NCBI RefSeq assembly: GCF_044339385.1
Contig: NZ_JBIIVN010000001.1
Location: 1-46,204, forward strand
Origin: Collimonas sp.
Lineage (GTDB): Bacteria > Pseudomonadota > Gammaproteobacteria > Burkholderiales > Burkholderiaceae_D
Reading direction: 5' to 3'
DNA: 46,204 nt
Under the pieces are notes generated by a model. The model saw only the letters and a program-made list of their open reading frames with translations, did no database searches and was not told the origin of the DNA. The translations under genes and the position numbers were made by a program. Below are positions 39,159-46,204 of this stretch, one piece after another (the first letter of the stretch is position 1; the number at the start of each line of letters is the position of its first letter).

Positions 39159-40789
39159 ATGTTGCGATTGAACGAAGTACAACTCCCCCTCGACCACCCG
39201 GAAGAGGCGCTCCACAGCGCGATCCTGGAACGCCTGGGAATCGGCGCCGAAGCAATGCTTGGTTACACAATTTTCCGACGCAGCTACGATGCCCGCAAAA
39301 AAAACCGCCGTCATCCTCACCTACACGGTAGATGTTGAGTTAAAAGATGAAGTTGAGGTACTCAAACGCCTGGCACGTGACCGCAACGTGATGCCGACGC
39401 CGGATACCAACTACCACTTCGTGGCTCGGGCCCCGAGCAACTTGACATCGCGCCCGGTGGTCATCGGCACCGGCCCCTGCGGCCTGTTCGCCGGCCTGAT
39501 CCTGGCGCAGATGGGCTTCAATCCAATCATCCTGGAACGCGGCAAGGCGGTGCGCGAACGCACCAAGGACACCTGGGGCCTGTGGCGCAAACGCGAACTG
39601 CAGCCGGAGTCAAACGTCCAGTTCGGTGAGGGCGGAGCCGGCACTTTTTCCGACGGCAAGCTGTGGACCCAGATCAAAGACCCCAGGCATTACGGCCGCA
39701 AGGTGCTCACCGAGTTCGTCAAGGCCGATGCGCCAGAAGAAATCATGTACGTCAGCAAACCGCACATCGGCACTTTCCGGCTGGTCAAGATGGTGGAGCA
39801 GATGCGCGCCACCATCGAAGCACTGGGCGGCGAATTCCGCTTCCAGCAAAAAGTGGAAGATCTCACCATCAAGTCCGACCACGGCCACGGTCAGATAGCG
39901 GCCGTGGTACTGGCCAGCGGAGAAACCATTGTCACCGACCATGTCGTGCTGGCGATTGGCCACAGCGCCCGTGATACCTTCCAGATGCTGTACGAGCGCG
40001 GCGTCTACATCGAAGCCAAGCCGTTCTCGCTGGGCTTCCGCATCGAGCATCCGCAATCGCTGATCGACCGCTGCCGCTTCGGCCCCAGCGCGGGTCATCC
40101 GATCCTCGGCGCGGCCGACTACAAGCTGGCGCATCACGCAGAAAACGGCCGTGCGGTATACAGCTTCTGCATGTGCCCGGGCGGCACCGTGGTTGCCGCC
40201 ACGTCGGAGCCGGGCCGCGTCGTCACCAATGGCATGAGCCAGTACTCGCGCAACGAACGTAACGCCAACAGCGGCATCGTGGTTGGCATCACACCGGCCG
40301 ACTATCCCGGCCATCCGCTGGCCGGCATCGCCTTCCAGCGCGAGTGGGAATCGCGCGCCTTCGAACTCGGCGGCGGCACCTACGACGCGCCCGGTCAGCT
40401 GGTCGGCGATTTCCTCGCCGGCCGGGCCGTCCACCGCGCTCGGTTCGGTGATCCCATCGTACAAACCAGGCGTCCACCTGGGCGACCTCAGCACTGCGCT
40501 GCCGGACTACGCCATCACCGCCATGCGCGAGGCATTGCCGGCTTTCGACAAACAGATCCGCGGCTTCGCCATGGCCGATGCCGTTCTGACCGGCGTCGAG
40601 ACTCGCACCTCATCGCCAATCCGCATCAAGCGCCGCGACGACAATCTGCAAAGCCTGAACACCAGCGGCTTGTTCCCCGCTGGCGAAGGCGCCGGCTATG
40701 CGGGCGGCATCATGTCGGCAGCGATTGACGGTATCCGGGTGGCGGAGGCGGTGGCACTGAGCATGATGGAGAAAAATCAGACGCTCTGA
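39159..40789 (+). pseudogene. NAD(P)/FAD-dependent oxidoreductase (uncharacterised FAD-dependent dehydrogenase family) with two +1 frameshifts
   Basis: ATG 39159 gives MLRLNEVQLPLDH...FRRSYDARK. An A8 run (39297-39304) shifts into ORF 39259..40728 (GTGPCG, NVQFGEGGAGTFSDGKL, FCMCPGG). A second shift near 40424-40428 leads into ORF 40283..40789 (GVETRTSSP, GEGAGYAGGI.SAA.DG). Confidence 0.9.
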
Positions 40790-40812
40790 TCGGATGTTCA
40801 GATTGTTTGCAA

Positions 40813-40850
40813 CAAAAAAATACGCCAGCTTGAACTGGCGTATTTTTTTG
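40813..40850. terminator. Bidirectional intrinsic terminator
   Basis: CAAAAAAATACGCCAG-cttgaa-CTGGCGTATTTTTTTG, a perfect 16-bp stem between convergent genes. Confidence 0.9.
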
Positions 40851-40893
40851 AAAAACCCGACCCGCAATGCGCTGCGAGGGCAGCGCCGCAGAA

Positions 40894-41221
40894 CTACTTG
40901 CGGGCATCGCGCGTTGCCTGGTGCAGCCTGGCTCAGCTCGATCTGCTTGCGCCGCGTATCGTCGGTATCGCTGAGCACGATCCAACCCTTTTCACGCATC
41001 GACTTCAGGCGCGCATGCAGCATCGCCGGTGAACCGAGTTCGCTTTGTGACATCATGCCACGCACTGACAGGCGCTCCTTGGCTTGCCCGTCACGCGCCA
41101 CAAAAGCCAGGATGCGATCTTCCAGCGGATCAAGCGATGGCAGTGACGGCAAACCACGCAAAGCATTGGCTAGTTGTAGAAAACGCACGTAGATATCGGC
41201 GGGGCGATTATATTTGTCCAT
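40894..41221 (-). pseudogene. MarR-like winged-helix DNA-binding protein, apparently frameshifted or deleted near its C-terminus
   Basis: LD..E..IL, LSV..., LGSPAMLH.RLK.MR.KGWI....D.RRKQIEL. After LSQAA the frame runs through the terminator into the antisense of the neighbouring gene, while a plausible end (QATRDARK-TAG, stop at 40894-40896) lies in another frame. Confidence 0.6.
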
Positions 41222-41356
41222 GGCCACTTTATCAACTCTGCAATAGGGAACAGTATGGTAGCGCTCTTAAATTTATACCAATCATACGCGTTATTTAACA
41301 ACATTCGCAAGTAGCTTCCTGCGCTTACGCAAATACTTCGGTAATATACGCGCGCC

Positions 41357-41926
41357 ATGCCTTCCACTTCGCCCACTACCGCGAAATTGCATCTCAGCCT
41401 GATGACGGTCAGTACCACCGCGGCCATCTACATGCTGGTGTATATGGCCAATGACTGGCTGTTCAAGCAAATCGAATTTACGCAGGGAATCGCCTGGGTT
41501 TATCTGCCGGCAGGCATACGTCTTATTTGCACGTTGCTGTTTGCCGAGTCCGGCGTGTTCGGCATCCTCATTGCATCGCTGCTCACCTCCAGCATCTACG
41601 CAATCTTTCCGGACGATCCGCTCACTACCATCGGCTATAGCGTCATCTCGGCATTAGCACCTTATCTGGCCTATCGCTTCACGCTGCAGGAGATGCGCCT
41701 GCAGCGCTCACTGAGTAATCTGACTACCACACGTCTGCTGGCCTGCATCCTGTTGTATGGCCTGACCAATCCGCTGCTACAGCTAATGTGGTTTGTGATG
41801 CGCGGCGTCTCCTATCATTTCTGGTCGGGCCTGATCGTGATGTCGATCGGCGATCTGACCGGCTCGCTGATCGTGGTCTATGCGATCAAGATCCTGCTGT
41901 CCTTCTTGCCGCTGCCGCGTCGTTAA
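41357..41926 (+). CDS. Stand-alone MASE1-like integral membrane protein
   Basis: About 5 TM segments; WVYLPAG.RL...LLF...G..GI; MSIGDLTG near the C-terminus. Confidence 0.75.
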   Translation: MPSTSPTTAKLHLSLMTVSTTAAIYMLVYMANDWLFKQIEFTQGIAWVYLPAGIRLICTLLFAESGVFGILIASLLTSSIYAIFPDDPLTTIGYSVISALAPYLAYRFTLQEMRLQRSLSNLTTTRLLACILLYGLTNPLLQLMWFVMRGVSYHFWSGLIVMSIGDLTGSLIVVYAIKILLSFLPLPRR

Positions 41927-42140
41927 TTATTAGCAATCGTTCGCGATGATTCAAACGAAATAATTTGCACACGCCTGAGCCGTCGCGCCATGACAGCGCG
42001 TGGTGTTGCCACCACATGGGTACCAAGAAAAATCGATTGTAATACTTACGAAATATTTCCTCGCTATTCTGCCGCACAGTTATAGAAATTATAGCGGTCA
42101 AACGGCCGCTATCTCTGCAAATACTTGACTGGAGTACGGC

Positions 42141-42548
42141 ATGCGTAGTTGGGGCGAACCGAAGAAGCGTAAGGCTCGCGTCGAAATTATTCCAATGATC
42201 GACGTCATGATGTTTCTGCTGGTGTTTTTTGTATTGATTAGTCTCAACGTGATTCCCGCGCTTGGCCTGAAAACCCACTTGCCAAGCGCCAGCAGCTCGC
42301 AGGATTTGAAACCGCAAAACAAGGCAGTCATCACAATCGGCATGAACGACGCATTGCAGGTCGATGGCGTCGACACCAAACTCGGAGAGTTGGCAGCGCG
42401 CCTGAACCAGGCCAAGAAAGACGGCGAGAAACTCAATGTGATCGTCAACAGTGACCACGGCGTCGAAGTGCAGCGTCTGGTGGAGGTCATGGATACTTTG
42501 AAGCAGAACGGCTTCGAATCGATCTCTATCGCCACCCGCAAGCCGTAG
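42141..42548 (+). CDS. exbD: Biopolymer transport protein ExbD
   Basis: IIPMIDVMMFLLVFF (essential Asp), LPSA, VEVMDTLKQNG; GGAG RBS. Confidence 0.92.
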   Translation: MRSWGEPKKRKARVEIIPMIDVMMFLLVFFVLISLNVIPALGLKTHLPSASSSQDLKPQNKAVITIGMNDALQVDGVDTKLGELAARLNQAKKDGEKLNVIVNSDHGVEVQRLVEVMDTLKQNGFESISIATRKP

Positions 42549-42556
42549 ATCGAAAA

Positions 42557-43292
42557 ATGACGAACATGACAACCATGCCGTTTTTTTATCGATTCCGCGA
42601 GGCAGTGGCGACGCTGCCATCCCTGCTGATACTCACCATCCTCATCTTGGCAGGCGTCCAGCAAGCGGTGAAGATTACACCGCACACCGACAACTCGACG
42701 GTGCAGATCGCTTTATCCGAGCCGGAACCGCCGGCGCCGCCAGTGGTCACGCCACCCCCGCCGGCACCACCGCAAGTCGTCAAGCCCACGCCGGTTGCGC
42801 AAATACAACCGGTTCGCCAGCAACCGGCACCGCAGCCGACAATTGCGCCGGAACCGCTCAGTAGCGCTGCCAGCGCAGAAGTCGCGGCACCGACACCAAT
42901 ATCACCCCCCCAAAGCCACTCCTACCCCAGCGCCGTCGGCGCCTCCGGCGCAGGAAGCGCCAGCGCCGGTCAAGCCAAACAATGCCAGCCTGGAAGCCAG
43001 CTACGTCGGTAAGTTACGCGCCCATTTGAACAGCATCAAACGTTATCCGACCGGCCGCGAAGCCAGCCAGCAAAAACCGCAGGGCAAGGTCAAAGTGTGG
43101 TTCGTACTCAAGCGCGACGGCAGCCTGGTGGAACAGGGAATAGAGGAATCTTCGAATTCCATGCTGCTTGACGACGCTGCTCGCAAGACCATCAACCGCG
43201 CTACTTTTTCTGCTTTTCCTGAATCCAGCTGGGCTGGGGAAGCGACGCACCGATTCAACGCCGAGTTGGAGTTCATTCCCGGGGCGGGATGA
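42557..43292 (+). pseudogene. tonB: Energy transducer TonB, with a +1 frameshift in a C7 run (42905-42911) (true lesion or sequencing error)
   Basis: TM anchor and Pro-rich linker are in ORF 42557..43012; the TonB C-domain (KRYP...QGKVKVWF..RDG, SSNS.LLDDAA) is in ORF 42795..43292. Deleting one C joins them as ISPPKATPTPAP. Confidence 0.85.
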
Positions 43293-43356
43293 ATACCGAA
43301 TTTAACCAGCACTTTTAACCGACGTACCACACCTAAAACGTACAGGGAGTAATGCC

Positions 43357-45750
43357 ATGCAATTCAAAGTCACCCGGCTGTCACTGCTAATCTCCGGGTT
43401 ATTCATCGCCACCAGCCCGCTGGGCTACGCTGCCGACACCACTGAAGTCGGCAAGGTCACCGTGCAGGGCGATGCCAACGGTGGTCAAAACACCGGCCTG
43501 ATCCAGCAAGAAGAGACGCCAAAAGCGCGCAGCTCGGTGAATCGCGAATACATGGAAAAGCAAAGCACTACCAGCAACCCATACCAGATGATCAATCTGC
43601 TGCCTGGCGTGAACTCATACGACCAGGACGGCACCGGCCTGTTCGGCGGCAACGTGCGCGTGCGCGGCTTCAACAGCGATCAATTGGGCTTCACCATCAA
43701 TGGCGCACCGGTCAACGATTCCGGCAACTTCGCCGTATATCCTCAGGAATATACCGATGCCGAAAACCTGTGCGAGATTTTCGTCACGCAAGGCTCGACC
43801 GATACTGAGGCACCGCACGTCGGCGCCTCTGGCGGCAATATCGGCATGACAATGTGTACGCCGGAAGATCAGCAACGCTTCCGTACCGAGTACACGTTTG
43901 GCTCGAACAGTCTGCAAAAAGGCTATGTGCGCTTCGATTCGGGCAAGATTTTCAATGATCGCTTCAAGTTCTTCCTGTCCTATTCGAAAACTCAGGCTGA
44001 CAAATTCAAAGGCAATGGCCGGGCCGACAAGCAACACGTCGATTTCAACAGCAAGTTCGATCTGGGAGCCGGCAGCTATGTCGACTCCAGCTTCACGTAC
44101 AACTCGGCGCTTAACAACAACTACCGCACACTGACCAAGGCGCAAATCGCCCAGTACGGCCCGAATCTGGATTTCGGCACAGTTGCTCCGGTACACCAGC
44201 CGGGCGGAACAGGCGCGCAAAACGATTCGACTTATGGCCCCAACGCCGGCATCAACACCGGTGCCAAGAACCTGTACTACGGCTACAACCTGAATCCATT
44301 CAAGAACTGGTTGGCCACAGTTAACGCCCACTTCCAGCTGGCACCGGCATCGAGCATCGATGTCAGCCCCTACATGTGGTACGGCTTCGGCACCGGCGGC
44401 AATCAGCTGCAAACGCTGTCCGAGGGCAATGCCGGCAACCTGTTGGGCGGCGGCGTACGTGATATCAACGGCGACGGCGATACCAAGGACACCGTGTTTG
44501 TCTACGAAGGCACCCGCACCCGCACCTATCGTCCAGGCGTGACAATCAAGTACAACCAGCAAATCGATAACCATAAGCTGATGGTCGGCTACTGGTATGA
44601 GCGTGCACGTCATCAGCAAACCGGCCCGTACACCACGATCGACAACAACGGCAACGCTGCCGATGTCTGGCTCAACAATCCAGGTGCGTGGTTGAAAAAC
44701 CAGGATGGCTCGTATGTGCAGTATCGCGATACGCTGACCATCAGCACCGGCAAATCGGCATTTGCACAAGACAGCATCAGCCTGATGCAGGACCAGTTGA
44801 ACCTGCAGATCGGTGCGCGCTATTCCAGTATCGACCGCAACTTTACCAACAACCCAAGCCAGAGCTCGCCGGGCTTCTATACGTTGCAGAAATCGTATTC
44901 CGATCTGCTGCCTAGCTTCGGTGCGCGGTATCAACTGGATCAGGCGCAATCGGTGTTTTTCAATGCCGCCAAGAACTTCAAGGCGCCAGGCAATTTCTCC
45001 TATTTCAACCTGATCTCCGGCGGCAATTTCGTCAACGGCGTGTACACCGGCGGGACCGTACGTCCGGTACCAGTGGACAAGGAGACTTCCTGGAACTATG
45101 ACCTTGGCTACCGTTATGCCGCCGACAAATGGACCTTCTCCGGCTCGCTGTTCTACATCAATTTCAAGAATCGCATCGCGACCTCTTACAACCAGGACAC
45201 AAATAGCAATACCGATTACAACGTCGGCGATTCGACCTCCAAGGGTCTGGAGCTGGAATCCGGTTATTCAATCACCAAGAATCTGAGTCTGTATGGCTCG
45301 CTGTCTTACATCAAGAGCAAAATGGACAGCAACCTGCAGTACTCGGCGACGGCGACACTGCCAACCGGCGGCAAGGAATTTCCTGATACGCCGAACTGGC
45401 TGAGCGGCCTCAGCCTGCAATACGCGCAAGACAACTGGTACCTGTTCAGCCAGGCCAAATACACAGGCAAGCGTTACACCATGCTGGTCAACGATGACAG
45501 CATCGGCGGTTATACCTTGTTCAACGTCGGCGGCGGCTACACCTTGCCGTCGTCCACGTGGCTGAAGAATCCGACGCTCAAGTTCAACGTCAACAATATC
45601 TTTGACAAAAAATTCCTGAGCCTGAGCTCCGGCAGCGGCAGCCAGTTCACCACGAATGCCGTGGCGATCGGCAGCATCGCCGCAGCAACGCCGTCGTTCT
45701 ATGTCAGCCCTCCACGTACCTTCAGCGTGTCGCTGATCGCGGATTTCTAA
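43357..45750 (+). CDS. TonB-dependent outer-membrane receptor, substrate unknown
   Basis: GGGAG RBS, signal peptide, TonB box KVTVQG, plug VRGFNSDQLG..INGAPVNDSGN, NVNNIFDKK, PRTF, C-terminal Phe. Confidence 0.92.
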   Translation: MQFKVTRLSLLISGLFIATSPLGYAADTTEVGKVTVQGDANGGQNTGLIQQEETPKARSSVNREYMEKQSTTSNPYQMINLLPGVNSYDQDGTGLFGGNVRVRGFNSDQLGFTINGAPVNDSGNFAVYPQEYTDAENLCEIFVTQGSTDTEAPHVGASGGNIGMTMCTPEDQQRFRTEYTFGSNSLQKGYVRFDSGKIFNDRFKFFLSYSKTQADKFKGNGRADKQHVDFNSKFDLGAGSYVDSSFTYNSALNNNYRTLTKAQIAQYGPNLDFGTVAPVHQPGGTGAQNDSTYGPNAGINTGAKNLYYGYNLNPFKNWLATVNAHFQLAPASSIDVSPYMWYGFGTGGNQLQTLSEGNAGNLLGGGVRDINGDGDTKDTVFVYEGTRTRTYRPGVTIKYNQQIDNHKLMVGYWYERARHQQTGPYTTIDNNGNAADVWLNNPGAWLKNQDGSYVQYRDTLTISTGKSAFAQDSISLMQDQLNLQIGARYSSIDRNFTNNPSQSSPGFYTLQKSYSDLLPSFGARYQLDQAQSVFFNAAKNFKAPGNFSYFNLISGGNFVNGVYTGGTVRPVPVDKETSWNYDLGYRYAADKWTFSGSLFYINFKNRIATSYNQDTNSNTDYNVGDSTSKGLELESGYSITKNLSLYGSLSYIKSKMDSNLQYSATATLPTGGKEFPDTPNWLSGLSLQYAQDNWYLFSQAKYTGKRYTMLVNDDSIGGYTLFNVGGGYTLPSSTWLKNPTLKFNVNNIFDKKFLSLSSGSGSQFTTNAVAIGSIAAATPSFYVSPPRTFSVSLIADF

Positions 45751-45966
45751 CGCAACTTTAGCAACCCGGGCGGCGGACTCCGGCCCGCCGCTCCTTACAC
45801 AAGGGACATCGAAAAGCCGCAGCAAACGCTGCAAGATCAGTAGCAGAAGTGACCACGACAAGGCACGGCCATGCCGCAGTAAGGTGATGAATAGCGCCGT
45901 GTCGAGGGCAGCATGCAGTAGTTTTTCGAAATCCCGACAAGTGCCTTCGTGCGCAGAGAGGTCAAT

Positions 45967-46204
45967 ATGAACATGCAATTATTCCACGAGCTCGCTTTCT
46001 ACCTGATGTACGCCTGTGCCGCTTTGGCGCTATTCGTGATTGTAGAACGCGGGCTATTCTTCAACTACACCCTACGCCAGGCCATCGGGCTGGAAAAAGC
46101 CATGACCCACGCAGTCCAGCACGTCAAGGAACTGCCGGCAGAACTGACGGCGCGCGCCAGCCTGCCGCTCACCTTGGTATCCGACATCCTCGCCGAAAAA
46201 CATC
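45967..46204 (+). CDS. exbB: MotA/TolQ/ExbB proton-channel family protein, truncated at the window edge
   Basis: MNMQLFHELAFYLMYACAALALFVIVER: the first TM ending in (V/I)ER is typical of ExbB; open to the end of the window; completes the exbD-tonB-receptor set. Confidence 0.7.
   Translation, partial: MNMQLFHELAFYLMYACAALALFVIVERGLFFNYTLRQAIGLEKAMTHAVQHVKELPAELTARASLPLTLVSDILAEKH

Noticed and set aside
42079-42096. GTTATAGAAATTATAGC as a Zur box upstream of exbD
   Set aside because: The half-site spacing does not fit the Zur consensus.
43615-44949. 444-aa minus-strand ORF
   Set aside because: Antisense shadow of the second TonB-dependent receptor.
1-46204. Mobile elements, prophage, tRNA/rRNA or defence systems
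   Set aside because: I recognised no transposase, integrase, phage, structural-RNA or defence signatures.

Overview
This is a GC-rich betaproteobacterial chromosome segment; gene content and order suggest Oxalobacteraceae/Burkholderiales (inference). From left to right: an N-terminally extended, single-Cys (zinc-free type) dksA split by an in-frame TAG; a DUF2946-like leader ORF ending in RAPP; a strongly structured 256-nt spacer; a ZnuD-like TonB-dependent receptor; a double-STAS protein; and hslVU with a sigma32-like promoter. A 12-gene type II secretion cluster follows (gspG-H-I-J-K-L-M-N-D-E-F-C, minus strand), then gpsA, an SH3 gene with a compound microsatellite beside its RBS, secB-grxC-rhodanese, gpmA-envC-ctpA-moeB, and an FMN riboswitch with a type II lumazine synthase. 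The right third holds a HAAT-family ABC importer, slmA, a HAD nucleotidase, TraB/GumN, mnmC, a YXWGXW protein, an FAD oxidoreductase pseudogene, a divergent winged-helix/MASE1-like pair and an exbD-tonB-receptor-exbB module. The best candidate for an undescribed system is the RAPP leader peptide + nested RNA structure + ZnuD-like receptor cassette. The second major signal is window-wide erosion: five disrupted genes (one nonsense codon, four +1 insertions, one apparent deletion) plus many substitutions at normally conserved residues. All calls come from reading the sequence and recalling protein families; no searches or folding programs were run.
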